Of a stretch of 64,000 nucleotides of DNA, positions 39,802-50,414 are shown in pieces. The stretch is from Candidatus Melainabacteria bacterium 17Bon1m. Lineage in GTDB: Bacteria; Cyanobacteriota; Vampirovibrionia; Obscuribacterales; Obscuribacteraceae. The position numbers and the translations under genes were made by a program. The notes beneath the pieces were generated by a model. The model ran no database searches, was not told the DNA's origin, and saw nothing but the letters and a program-made list of their open reading frames with translations. The DNA is taken from assembly GCA_032128875.1 (NCBI GenBank), contig JAVLKG010000007.1, positions 128,001 to 192,000 on the forward strand. The letters run 5' to 3'. Position 1 is the stretch's first letter; each line of letters starts with the position of its first letter.

Positions 39802-40904
39802 GGAGAGCCCCTTACTGTGAAGCATGCACATATTTGACTCCGATCATGTTTTGTTGCTGCGTGTGAGGCAGCGGACCTTGGAGATGGAAGAAAACCCTTC
39901 CTTGAACGCCGTTGGCGTTCTGAACGAGACACACCATTGTGTCGTGCGTTCCCGGTTTGCACTTGCGCGCATTCCAATTCCGACCACTTCTTTAACTGGT
40001 GATCATAACTACTTTGGAATCTGATTGCCTTATATGACCGGTGACGGGCGCACGACAAAATGTCGGATGCACGCGCACGGAAACTCAGGCGGACAGATGC
40101 TTGTAGTTAAGGACCAGAAAAAAAATCGAAGGAATAAGGGATCTAGAAACTATTACTGAGAGTTCTTGATAATCAAATCAAAGCTGCTTAATAAGATCCG
40201 TTGGCGCTTTAGCGAAATCAGCAAAGCTCGCGAAACCTTGATGTCAAGCGGTTGTGTGATCTGGTTTGTGATAATTGCCAAGAGGACAAAGAAAGGGTTT
40301 GCTATCTGCGCGAGTCGCTAAAAGAACAGCATCAAAACCCGCGAAAAATCAAGTTGTCAACAATTTTCACAAAGCACGCTATATGCAACACATGTCCAGC
40401 GCTAATTGCGCAGATTACAACACTAGATACTTAGAAGCAGAAATCATGAGCTTTCTGACTTTTCACTAAAATTTTCTACTGACAACCACATATGCTGCTT
40501 TTTATTCTCTTCAGTTGAGAACTCAGTGATGTCACGGGTAGTGTCAACACCTAACTTCTTTCTTTTCGATTCAACACACAAGGCACCAAAAACCTACCCG
40601 CGCCCGGCTAACAGTTCATCTCTCTCAGGCTCTTCGCCCGAGGAGTGGTACCGCGCGCGGTGTGTTGTAAAGAGATAGAAGTTTGTCAAGCGGCTTGGTG
40701 ATAAGCAGCTAGCGCATCCAGCTAACGCAAAGGCTTCAGTCTCGGCGTTGGTTCTGCCCTGCTGTTTCGCCAACCGCTCCAACTGTCCGCCGTGCACTTC
40801 TTCTCTTCTCGAGAGGAAAAGGTGCGCGGTTTTTTTTTCGCAGCTACCCCAGCTGTCCAAACCATCGATCCAAGCACTGCTTGGAAGAGTTAGGGAGACC
40901 TTAA

Positions 40905-41930
40905 ATGAAACGTTCTCGTTCCCACCAGGGAATCATTCCCCCGTACGTCCTGCTGCACCTCTCGAATGCCTTCCCGGATGACCCGTCGTACCTCTGGACG
41001 CTCGACGAAACCCGGAAGATGCACCTCAAGGGTCTGCGCAACGTCGTGCGCTACCGCCTTTCCAACGGCAAGTCGGAAGTGCAGATCTACGACTGCAAGA
41101 ACTCCACTCGTCTGCCGGGCACCCGCGCCCGCTTCGAGCAGGACAAGGCAGTCGCCGACAACATCGTCAACATCGCCTTCGACTACCACGCCGCCGTCCG
41201 CGACTTCCTGAAGAAGGAGTTCGGCGTCGACTCGTACGACGGCAAGGGCGGCAACCTCATCGGTTCTGTCCATTACGGCTACAAGTACAACAACGCCTTC
41301 AACAACGGTCGCCAGATGGCCTACGGCGACGGCGACGGCAAGGTGTTCAAGACCTTCGTCCTGCTGGACGTTGCCGGCCACGAGTTCTTCCACGGCGTCA
41401 CCGGCCAGTTCTCGGGCCTCGAGTACTACGGTGAGAGCGGCGCGCTGAACGAGTCCATCTCGGACGTGTTCGGTGTCATGCTGCGCCAGTGGCTGAACAA
41501 CCTCACCGTCGACCAGGACTCCTGGCTCGTCGGCCCCGGCCTGTTCGTCGACCCGAAGCAGCGCGCTCTGCGTGACATGCTCAACCCGGGCACGGCCTAC
41601 AACGACGCCAACATCGGCAAGGACCCGCAGCCCGATCACTACGATCGTCGCTACAAGGGCTCGTCCGACAACGGCGGCGTCCACATCAACTCCGGCATCC
41701 CGAACAAGGCGTTCGCCACGTTCGCGCGTTCGCTGGGCGGTTACGCCTGGAAGAGCGCTGCCGGCAAGATCTGGAACGAGGCCAACACCGGCGCTCGCCA
41801 CGTGAAGTCGGACTGCGACTTCCACACCTTCGCTCAGACCACTGTCGACATCTGCCGCACCGACTACGATGCGGAGACGACCGACAAGCTGATCGCGGCG
41901 TGGAAGCTCGTCGGCATCAAGACGAAGTAA
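40905..41930 (+). CDS. M4 metalloprotease, protealysin-like
   Basis: GIIPPYVL propeptide motif; YNNAF, HEFFHG, GALNESISD and DNGGVHINSGIPN. Confidence 0.92.
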   Translation: MKRSRSHQGIIPPYVLLHLSNAFPDDPSYLWTLDETRKMHLKGLRNVVRYRLSNGKSEVQIYDCKNSTRLPGTRARFEQDKAVADNIVNIAFDYHAAVRDFLKKEFGVDSYDGKGGNLIGSVHYGYKYNNAFNNGRQMAYGDGDGKVFKTFVLLDVAGHEFFHGVTGQFSGLEYYGESGALNESISDVFGVMLRQWLNNLTVDQDSWLVGPGLFVDPKQRALRDMLNPGTAYNDANIGKDPQPDHYDRRYKGSSDNGGVHINSGIPNKAFATFARSLGGYAWKSAAGKIWNEANTGARHVKSDCDFHTFAQTTVDICRTDYDAETTDKLIAAWKLVGIKTK

Positions 41931-42230
41931 TTCTTCGTCTCATCTGAATCAGCTCGGGGGCGGGGTTTCGCTCGTGGGGGCACCGTTTCTGTCGGGAGGA
42001 TGCCATGCATCACCCGCTGAAGCCCCTGCGTAGCTTCCTCGCCCCCGAGTATCTATCTTGTTCGATTGGCATCGCAGCGACGCGTTTTCGCTGTGATTTC
42101 CAGCACCGCTACGTTTGTGCGTATGCGGCTTTTTTGCAAAATCGAATCTTTCTCATAACGAGTGCTCCAACTTCTGGAGCGCTCCTCACCACGAAAGAAG
42201 AGTCCTCTGGGACTCTAAAAGGAGCTCAAC

Positions 42231-44273
42231 ATGAGCAACAAAACTGATAACAAGCCCGAGACGAAGTCGGGCGGTCTCGCTGAAGACGTTCTGCGCCAGG
42301 CTGGCAAGTCCGATGAGGAAGCCGGCAGCATGGGCAAGATCGACCGCGCGGAGGACGAGCTGGAAGCCACGCTCGATCCCAAGTTCCGCACGGAGAACAG
42401 CCCGGTGCACCAGGCCATCTGGAACCGCACCACGCCGGTCAGTCTGTTCAGCGTTCCCAACTCCGCCACCGCCGGCACTTCGCCTGCGCAGGTGGCCATC
42501 GAGAACTGCATCCGCGTCGTGAAGGGTCACATCGCGGCCGGCACTCTCTTCGACGCCAACCGCAAGGTGAGCGATCAGGTCCTCAACGACCTGGCTGCCC
42601 AGGGCTACTGGGGCATGCTCGTCGACAAGAAGTACGGCGGGCAGGGCGCGACCATCACCGACTTCATGAACCTCGTTACCCGCATGGCGGCCGAGGGCGA
42701 AGCGACGACGGCTGGCCTCAACTCCATCCACGAGTGCATCGGCGCCGTCGACCCGGTGGTCGGCTACGGCACCGACGAGCAGAAGGCCCGCTTCCTGCCG
42801 AAGCTGGCTTCCGGCGAGGCTCTCTCGGCGTTCGCTCTGACCGAGCCGGGCGCTGGCTCCGACCTCACCGCGGTGAAGACCACGGCTGACCCGGACGGCG
42901 AAGATTTCGTCGTCAACGGCGAGAAGCTGTTCATCAGCAACGTCGCCCCGGGCCGCACGATCGGCCTCGTCTGCATGATCCCCGTTCTGGACAAGGACGG
43001 CAAGCCGAAGGTCGGCAAGAACGGCGCCATCGAGCGTCGTCACGCCGTCCTCATCGTGGATCTGCCGAAGGAGGAGAACGAGAACTTCAAGCTCGTCAAC
43101 TACCCGATCCATGCGGTGAAGCACATCTACAACCGCGGCATCATCTTCACCAACTTCCGCGTGCCGGCGAAGAACTTGCTGGTGCCGCCGGTCGGTGACG
43201 GTCTGACCATCGCCTACCACGGCCTCAACCGCGGTCGCGTCGCTCTGTGCGCCAACGCCGCCGGCGTGATGCGCCAGCTGCTCGGCAGCATGGTTCCGTG
43301 GTCGCAGTACCGCAAGACCTACGGCGAGCCGATCAAGATGCGCGCGCTGGTGAAGCGCCGCGTCGCTCGCGTGGCGTCGCTCATCGTCGGCGCCGACGCG
43401 CTGCGCGACTGGGGCAGCCACCTGCTCGACGAGGGCTACCGCGGTGAGCTGGAGTGCGTGATCGCCAAGATCTACGCTTCCGAGGCTCTCATCGAGACCA
43501 CCCGTCTGGCTCTGAAGACCCACGGTGGTCGTTCCTTCCTGGGCGGTCACATCATCGGCGACAACCTGCACGACTTCTTCGCTCCCTCGATCTACGAGGG
43601 CGAGAACGAGATGCTGGCCATGGCGTTCTTCAAGTCGCTCATCAAGCAGTTCGGCACCAAGTACATGGGTCCGATGCTCGCCAAGTCGGCCGCGCTCGGC
43701 ATCAATCTCAACCAGTCGCCTGCGAAGGTGACGTTGCAGATGGCCACGCGCCCGGACAAGGCCTTCAAGATGCGGAAGGAAATCCTTTCCGTGGTCGGCC
43801 GCGCCCTCGGCATCGAGACGCGCTTCTCCGACAAGCAGAAGGTCCGCGGTCTGGACGGTCGCCTGCAGGCGCACGTCGACTTCGCTCTCTCGCAGTTCGT
43901 CAAGAACGGCAAGGATCTGTACCGCACCATGCTCACGCACGGCCTGAAGCTTCAGGACGAGCAGGAGCTCATGGTCGACGTCCTGTCGATGCCGATCCAG
44001 CAGGCGGTCACCATCCTCGTGACGGCGCTTCACGCGCACGCCAAGGGTGATGAGGGCACGAAGCTGGCTGCCGACCTGCTGTGCATGGATCTGCGTGCGC
44101 AGATCACCGGCAAGGCTGTGAAGGCCGACGGCAAGACCTACCGCAAGTACATCCGCACGGCCAACAAGCTGGCGGACCTGGTGGTGAAGGGCGAATTCAA
44201 GCAGCTCGAGGGCACGCTCGATACGCCGGTGCTGCGTCAGTACGACGGCAACGGCCGCACGATCGCGCGCTAA
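42231..44273 (+). CDS. Acyl-CoA dehydrogenase family protein
   Basis: SAFALTEPGAGSD, VNGEKLFISN, LNRGR and IYEGENE. Confidence 0.92.
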   Translation: MSNKTDNKPETKSGGLAEDVLRQAGKSDEEAGSMGKIDRAEDELEATLDPKFRTENSPVHQAIWNRTTPVSLFSVPNSATAGTSPAQVAIENCIRVVKGHIAAGTLFDANRKVSDQVLNDLAAQGYWGMLVDKKYGGQGATITDFMNLVTRMAAEGEATTAGLNSIHECIGAVDPVVGYGTDEQKARFLPKLASGEALSAFALTEPGAGSDLTAVKTTADPDGEDFVVNGEKLFISNVAPGRTIGLVCMIPVLDKDGKPKVGKNGAIERRHAVLIVDLPKEENENFKLVNYPIHAVKHIYNRGIIFTNFRVPAKNLLVPPVGDGLTIAYHGLNRGRVALCANAAGVMRQLLGSMVPWSQYRKTYGEPIKMRALVKRRVARVASLIVGADALRDWGSHLLDEGYRGELECVIAKIYASEALIETTRLALKTHGGRSFLGGHIIGDNLHDFFAPSIYEGENEMLAMAFFKSLIKQFGTKYMGPMLAKSAALGINLNQSPAKVTLQMATRPDKAFKMRKEILSVVGRALGIETRFSDKQKVRGLDGRLQAHVDFALSQFVKNGKDLYRTMLTHGLKLQDEQELMVDVLSMPIQQAVTILVTALHAHAKGDEGTKLAADLLCMDLRAQITGKAVKADGKTYRKYIRTANKLADLVVKGEFKQLEGTLDTPVLRQYDGNGRTIAR

Positions 44274-44457
44274 GTGAAAGGGCGGTGCTCTGCATCGCCC
44301 TCATAAATCAAGGCGCCGCCGAGCGTCTTAGATAGACCTGGAACGTCAGCTCCGAGGGGAGTTCGCATCTTCTAGATGGAGATGCGAGCCCCTTGGGGTT
44401 TGGCTAATACGGATATCTAACGGTCGGGGGTTGCTCAAAGTTCTGTGGAAATTCTTC

Positions 44458-44511
44458 GTAGGGGAGCCGCACGCGGCTCCCTGTTCAGGGTTGCGCATGC
44501 GCAACCCCTAC
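44458..44511. repeat. REP doublet
   Basis: GTAGGGGAGCCGCACGCGGCTCCC...GGGTTGCGCATGCGCAACCCCTAC. Confidence 0.75.
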
Positions 44512-44848
44512 AGGCTTTTTTACAGGGTTTTGAGCAGCCCCCGGCTGACTCGGTTTTCTCCAGTCGAGAAACGCGCTTTATGTGGTGACACTACATATGG
44601 TGCGGTCTTCGATTGACGAAAGTCGCAGTTTTGCTGCGACGAAATGTTGAAGCACTGCAACTAAAGCGGTGTTTCGCATAGTCCGATACGGGTATTGCGC
44701 AGTGTTAGCTGCGCCGACCCACTTTCGTACTGCTCCGAATATGGCGCAAGTTGATGGTTCTGCATGGGGACAGGCGGCACGTTGTCGCCCTGTATGTGCG
44801 GAGCTCAGCGACTCGGGCGCCTTCGACCAACAATAGGAGCCCAACAAA

Positions 44849-46975
44849 ATGAAGTCTAAGCAAATCAGACTTGATCTCAAGCCACGTGGACACCGGCACA
44901 CGCACATGCATGTCCCATCCGGGGACTGCTGCCGCAACCACATGGTCGTTGTTCCGGGCACTGGTGACGAGAACTTCAAGTTCCCGCCCGTGCAGGAACT
45001 CGTCATTCGCGCTCTCAATCGGCTGTCCAAGCCGGTCGAGATCGAGGAAACGGATGACTCCCAAAACCCTACCGAGGGGAGCGACGGCACCGTTGATAGC
45101 GGCGAGAAAGCACGCGCGAGTGTGCATACTTCTGAGAAGAAGCTCACCGTTGTAACGCACGACGGCCGGCGCTCCCTTCCCAAAGTCCGCAAGGTGACGG
45201 TCAAGTACGAGCACACGTTCGTGCCTGGCATGCCCACCGAAGGCGCGGTTCCCGTGCCGCTTCTGCCCCGTCCCATCGACTCGGGCAAGGCGAACGGCGC
45301 CACGCTGTTCACCGCCGCGCAGGCGCTGCGCGAAATCATGGATGAGGGGCGTTTCGACGCCATCATCGCCGACCGTTTCGACCCTCTGTCCGGTGCCGTC
45401 AACTGGGCGCGCCTGCACATGGAAGAGCGGTTCCAGCCCGCCATCGAAAGCCTGAACGGTCAGCTTCTGCAGCTGCGCGTTCTCTATAAGGATGCGCTGC
45501 CGCGCGTTCTTACGGTGATCGCCGCGCAGAACCCCGACGTTGCCGAGCAGATGCTTCTGCAGGTCGCCGTCCAGGTGCTCGACGAAGAGCTGGCGCAAAT
45601 CCTCACTGTCCTGCGTATCTGGACCGATGCTTTCGCTCAGCATCGCGACCAGATGTACGAGCAGCTCGGCGCTGTTCGTCAGCTCGTCGAGGAGAGCTAC
45701 CAGCTCTTCCGCGGTGAAGCTCTGGATGGTGACGCTCACGGCAAGAAGGCGAACGTCCACACGACTGTCTTCCAGGTCGGCAACGTCTTCGTGGCGCGCT
45801 TCGGTCATCTCGGCCCGGCTACTCTGCCCGCCAAGGGTCCGATTGGCGCACATGCCATCGAAGTGCCGATGGATGAGCGCAACATCATCACGCTGATGCT
45901 GCCCCTCTACGCTCACGAGTTCCGTCACGACGTGTTCCACGACGTGGTCGGTCTCGAGGACGACGTGCGCGAAGCGGTGGCGAAAGCCATCGTGGAAGCC
46001 TACGAGAAGGGCGAGCTGAAGTTCTCTCAGGAGTTCATCAAGCTCGGGCGTCAGAAGGTGAAGACGATCGACCTTATGGTCAAGATGATCGCCGACACCA
46101 CGCCTGAAATCGACGCGGACATCTCCGGTGGCGTTCTGCTCACCGGCGTCGCGTTCCTCTATCTCGTCATTCTCAGCTTCTCGGCGTTCAACGCCAAGGG
46201 GCGCACGGTGGAAAGCACGCCGCGTCTGCTGCGCAGCGCTTCTTACTTCGAGCTGGTGCCGGATGAGAAGACGGGGGCTGTCGCGCTCGAATTCTTCCCG
46301 CACCCGCCGGATTACATCCGCGCGCACATCGTTGCTGCCGCGCTCGACGAAATCGGCTTCAAGGCCGAGGGCGACGAGTGCCGCACGCTTGCCGACATCG
46401 CCGCCGGCGATCCGCTTCCTAAGCTGATCAAGTGGTTCGATGCTTCCGGCAAGAGCAAGCTCGTCATCGAGATTCCGGTGGACGACATCAAGGCCGTCGC
46501 TCCGGTGATCGCCAAGGCGCTCATTCGCACGCCGCTGAAGTCCCTGGGTGATGTTGCCACCGGCGACATCCTCAACTGGGACCGCAAGCGTCAGGCGAAG
46601 GTGGACAAGCTGGCCGAAATCCTCATGCAGGGTCGGTCGGACATCCCCGCCGAGCTCGGCGATGTCTATGCGACGTACGTCGCCGCTGCCGCCGCCCTGG
46701 CTTACTGGGGTTCGGTCGGTGCCGGTCGGCGTGCCAAGCTGCACGCGGTGCCGATGATCGAGAAGAACGCGCTGGCCATGCTCAATACCATCCGCGAACG
46801 GCGCAATCAGGCGCCTGTCGTCGCGGACGCCGGTAGCAAGCATGTTTCCTGCGTGCACAGCTCGCACGACGATGACGGTGGCGAGGTGAACACTCTTCAC
46901 AAGCCCGCCGCCAATCCGGCTGCTGACGGTGCTGCCGACGGCAAGCCTGAGGGTGAAGAGGCTCCCGAGGCGTAA
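44849..46975 (+). CDS. Hypothetical protein with zincin-like motifs
   Basis: AHEFRH, EIDAD and PHPPDYIR; AGGAG SD; GC3-biased in this frame. Confidence 0.75.
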   Translation: MKSKQIRLDLKPRGHRHTHMHVPSGDCCRNHMVVVPGTGDENFKFPPVQELVIRALNRLSKPVEIEETDDSQNPTEGSDGTVDSGEKARASVHTSEKKLTVVTHDGRRSLPKVRKVTVKYEHTFVPGMPTEGAVPVPLLPRPIDSGKANGATLFTAAQALREIMDEGRFDAIIADRFDPLSGAVNWARLHMEERFQPAIESLNGQLLQLRVLYKDALPRVLTVIAAQNPDVAEQMLLQVAVQVLDEELAQILTVLRIWTDAFAQHRDQMYEQLGAVRQLVEESYQLFRGEALDGDAHGKKANVHTTVFQVGNVFVARFGHLGPATLPAKGPIGAHAIEVPMDERNIITLMLPLYAHEFRHDVFHDVVGLEDDVREAVAKAIVEAYEKGELKFSQEFIKLGRQKVKTIDLMVKMIADTTPEIDADISGGVLLTGVAFLYLVILSFSAFNAKGRTVESTPRLLRSASYFELVPDEKTGAVALEFFPHPPDYIRAHIVAAALDEIGFKAEGDECRTLADIAAGDPLPKLIKWFDASGKSKLVIEIPVDDIKAVAPVIAKALIRTPLKSLGDVATGDILNWDRKRQAKVDKLAEILMQGRSDIPAELGDVYATYVAAAAALAYWGSVGAGRRAKLHAVPMIEKNALAMLNTIRERRNQAPVVADAGSKHVSCVHSSHDDDGGEVNTLHKPAANPAADGAADGKPEGEEAPEA

Positions 46976-47308
46976 GGCTGAGGCGTAAGCCGTAAGCCCG
47001 AGCGGGAGCAAATCTGCATGCAGAGGCGCTGCAAGGCGCTTTTGCGAAACTCGAGAGGGGTGGCTGCGTTGTCGAAACCTTGTAAGAGGTGAAAGCTGCG
47101 CAGTCGCCCTTTCTCTTTCGAGCGCGCTCAAAAACGCTTGAGAGCGCTCAAGCAGTTAGTTACCGAGGAGCGTCAAAAACGCGACTCATCTCTTTCCAGT
47201 CCCAGCAGCAGCGAACGCCGATCAAAAGGATCTGCGAATAGCTCCTGCACTTGCTAGAAAAGGAGAATGCACTGCCGGTGGTGACAACTGCCAGCAGTGT
47301 TTACTGAC

Positions 47309-48682
47309 ATGGAACATGAAAATAAAACTGGTTGGTTCAGCCGCAAGACGGTTGTGATCGCCCTGATTCTCGTTGCCGGCGCCGTGCTTTTCGGAGTTCT
47401 GCGCAGCACGCCCGAGCCGATCACCTCGCCCTTCCCTCAGAAAGGTCAGGTGCACATCGCGCTCAAGCCTTCGAAAGCCAACGAGGATATCCGCTATACC
47501 ACGTTCTGGCCGGACGGCAAGACGAAGATGAATGAGCGCGTCGAACTCAAGAACGGCGTCACCATTTATCGCACGTTCTCTCACCAGGGCTATATGCGCG
47601 AGGTGAAGGAGTTCTTCCCCGTTCCTGCCAAGCCTGGCGACAAGCCTGCGCTCAATGAGGACGGCTCGCTCAAGTTTCCCTCCTCGCAGCCGTACGAGTT
47701 CAACACCGCAGGCCGCCAGCTCAAGTCGTTCATCACCTTCTCTGCCGACGGCAAAGAAGTAACGTCGACCGAGACGTACCGTCCCGACGGCACGCATGAA
47801 GTTGTAGGAAAGAGGCTTCCCGACGGGAGCTTCCAGAATCTCGTCTTTCACAAAGACGGGCTGACTCTTAGCTTCAGCCAACTTTTTGCGCGCAATGGGG
47901 ACTTGCTCTCAGAGCAGCAATTCGCTGAAGGCGGCGCTCGTCTGATCGCTACCTCACAGCGTGAAGCCGACGGTTTCCTGCACAGCAAGAGCTTCCGTGA
48001 AGACGGGACGCTCCTGTCGGTGGGAATCATCAAGCCGTACGAGCAAGTGATCGAGTTCTTCCAAGCCGATGGCGTGACGCGGCGCATGGTGGTCAACAAC
48101 ACCGCCAACAGCGTCACGGCAGTCTACTTCCGCGAAGACGGAGAGGCAGTCAGCAAGCGCGAATGGTCGAGCGGCAGCATGTCTGTCACCGACCTCGTGC
48201 CCGGCACCGGTCACTTTGGTCCCGGCGGTGTGGTCGAACAGGCCTACACTACCGGCAGCAAGGCTACGTACAAGGTGATTCCCGCGGACAGCGCCACCGG
48301 CAAGCCCGAGAGCTATGTGCTCAGCGGTCTTGAGGTGGTCGGTGCTGACGGCAAGGTCCATCGCAAGTTCTTCTTCGATGGCACCACGGGCACCGTCAAC
48401 CGCGTGTACATGTACAACGACGGCGTCAACACGCACGACCGCATGTACAACCCCGACGGCACGCTGAAGGAAGTGGGTTGGGTTGGCTCGGACGAGAAGT
48501 CCAAGGAGTACAACGCAGCTCATGCCAAAGATGCCGACCGTCAGCCGGGCGTGAAGATGCCTGCTGATGACGTCGCTCTCCTGAAGCGCTACGCGCAGGA
48601 CAAGCCGTTCGATGACCCGCGCCCGCTTCTCACGAAAGTGGAAGCGCAGCCGTATCAGTACAGCGGCGAAGACATGCACTGA
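47309..48682 (+). CDS. Membrane-anchored MORN-variant/YwqK-like repeat protein
   Basis: N-terminal TM; repeated (Y/F)xxDG turns; paralog of next gene. Confidence 0.75.
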   Translation: MEHENKTGWFSRKTVVIALILVAGAVLFGVLRSTPEPITSPFPQKGQVHIALKPSKANEDIRYTTFWPDGKTKMNERVELKNGVTIYRTFSHQGYMREVKEFFPVPAKPGDKPALNEDGSLKFPSSQPYEFNTAGRQLKSFITFSADGKEVTSTETYRPDGTHEVVGKRLPDGSFQNLVFHKDGLTLSFSQLFARNGDLLSEQQFAEGGARLIATSQREADGFLHSKSFREDGTLLSVGIIKPYEQVIEFFQADGVTRRMVVNNTANSVTAVYFREDGEAVSKREWSSGSMSVTDLVPGTGHFGPGGVVEQAYTTGSKATYKVIPADSATGKPESYVLSGLEVVGADGKVHRKFFFDGTTGTVNRVYMYNDGVNTHDRMYNPDGTLKEVGWVGSDEKSKEYNAAHAKDADRQPGVKMPADDVALLKRYAQDKPFDDPRPLLTKVEAQPYQYSGEDMH

Positions 48683-48767
48683 TTCTTCGAGGCTCCGGCT
48701 CCAATGCAAGTTGGTTGGCGCGGACTTCGGAGAACCGGACGAAACCACAGGTGTTCTTAGCACCCAT

Positions 48768-48795
48768 GTAGGGGCGGCAATTATGCCGTCCCTAC
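48768..48795. repeat. REP-like palindrome
   Basis: GTAGGGGCGGCAATTATGCCGTCCCTAC. Confidence 0.6.
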
Positions 48796-48903
48796 GTGGT
48801 TTTTGTCCTTTTTAGGGAGATTTGCTGCGCAGATTTCCCGTTTGCTGCCCGCGACTACCCAACACCGGACGTCCAAGGTGGACGCCCGACCTGGAGTTAT
48901 CCA

Positions 48904-50136
48904 ATGAAACGAATTCTGACGATACTGGGTGTGTTGGTCGCGGTTTTCGCGATCGGCACATTCGTGTATACCAGCCTGCCACAGGACTGGTCAGTGCCTT
49001 TCCCGGGCAAGACGGCAGTGCGCGTACATGCGCCGCCGGCGTCGACCCAGGAAGACATTCGCTACATCACGTATCCGGACAAGGACTCGAGAATTCCCAT
49101 TGAGGAACAGATCGAGTACAAGAACGGCGTGACCGGCTACATCTTCTATCGCCCCAATGGCACCATCCGTGAAACCACGGAATACTGGCCTGCCGTCGAG
49201 GGCTTCGCCCAGCGCCAGCTGAAAAGCGGCTCGCTGCGCACTGAAGATGGCGCCAACTTCTTGTCCGACCGCACCTTCCGTAAGGATGGCACGCGCGAGC
49301 GTGAAGGCAAGCGCCTGCGGGACGGCACGTATCAGATCGACATGTACTTCGCCGACGGTACCAAACTCGAGCGCCATCAGCTGGTTTCTGCAACCGGCAA
49401 ACCGCTGCTCGAGCAGGTTTATCGCGAAGATGGTTCGATGAAGAGCTTCACGCAGGTGGATTCCACCGGCAAGATGATCATCACGACCTACTTCGCCGAC
49501 GGCAAGACCGAGTCGCAAATCGTTGTTTCCCCCAACTACTGGGAGAACACCACAGCGACCTACTACTACCCGGACGGTGTCAGTATCGCCCGCAAAGTGG
49601 AATGGTCGACCTACTCCATCAATGCCGACTACTATCGGCAGGATGGCACCAAGCGTCTGTCGTATGGAGAGACCATCTACTCCTCCGGCAGCATGGTTTG
49701 GGTGCAGTACGATGCCAAAGGCAAGCCTGTTCTGAAGCAGAGCTATCGCGTCGAGACGAAGGTAGATAGCGCGACCGGCAAGTCCGTTCGCACTTATCTT
49801 CTGCGCTCGGTGGAAGAGCTCGATGGCGCAGGCAAGACCAAGCGCGAAATCACTTTCGCGGGCGACGGCACTACGCCCAACGGTGTGTGGATTCCCAAGC
49901 CACCCGGCAGTTACTGGAGCGGCACTCGCAAGACCTTCTACCCCGATGGTTCGGTTGCGAAGGTGGAAGAGAAGAACAACGACGGCGACGTCGTGAGCAC
50001 GAAGACGTACGCGCCGACGGACAATGTTCGCGAGAACTTCCCCGGCTCGTATCTCGTGCGCCCTGTCGAAGACCCGATTCCGGCTCCGCCGAAGAAGACG
50101 GCGACACCGCCTCCCTATTACTACGGCTATCCTTAA
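48904..50136 (+). CDS. Membrane-anchored MORN-variant/YwqK-like repeat protein
   Basis: GGAG SD; PFP, EDIRY, KNGVT and RQLKS shared with 47309-48682. Confidence 0.78.
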   Translation: MKRILTILGVLVAVFAIGTFVYTSLPQDWSVPFPGKTAVRVHAPPASTQEDIRYITYPDKDSRIPIEEQIEYKNGVTGYIFYRPNGTIRETTEYWPAVEGFAQRQLKSGSLRTEDGANFLSDRTFRKDGTREREGKRLRDGTYQIDMYFADGTKLERHQLVSATGKPLLEQVYREDGSMKSFTQVDSTGKMIITTYFADGKTESQIVVSPNYWENTTATYYYPDGVSIARKVEWSTYSINADYYRQDGTKRLSYGETIYSSGSMVWVQYDAKGKPVLKQSYRVETKVDSATGKSVRTYLLRSVEELDGAGKTKREITFAGDGTTPNGVWIPKPPGSYWSGTRKTFYPDGSVAKVEEKNNDGDVVSTKTYAPTDNVRENFPGSYLVRPVEDPIPAPPKKTATPPPYYYGYP

Positions 50137-50414
50137 TCGGCAGCCGTAAGGGAGTGCTTTGTGGTTGCGCATCACAGGCGCCCGCACAAATTCTGGTCGC
50201 AGCTCGCGACCACTAAGACGAGCGTGCAGTTGCAAATTGACACGCTCTTTTGAAAGCCCGCTCGGCAGTTGGAGTGGGTTCGTGGCAGTTTTTGTGAAAC
50301 GCGTCCGCGCGTTTTGCGATGCTATCATGGGCTCACTTCGGCTGCCGGGCGGCGTCTTTCTTGGAGGCTGACTTCCGGTGCGATGCCTTTGTGGCCGCTG
50401 GGAGCAGTAAGTTG

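Noticed and set aside
37447-39837. 796-aa plus-strand ORF
   Set aside because: Antisense shadow of the GC3-rich M1 aminopeptidase; no motifs.
42186-44039. 617-aa minus-strand ORF
   Set aside because: Shadow of the acyl-CoA dehydrogenase.
44705-47131. 808-aa minus-strand ORF
   Set aside because: Shadow of 44849-46975, which has the SD and codon bias.
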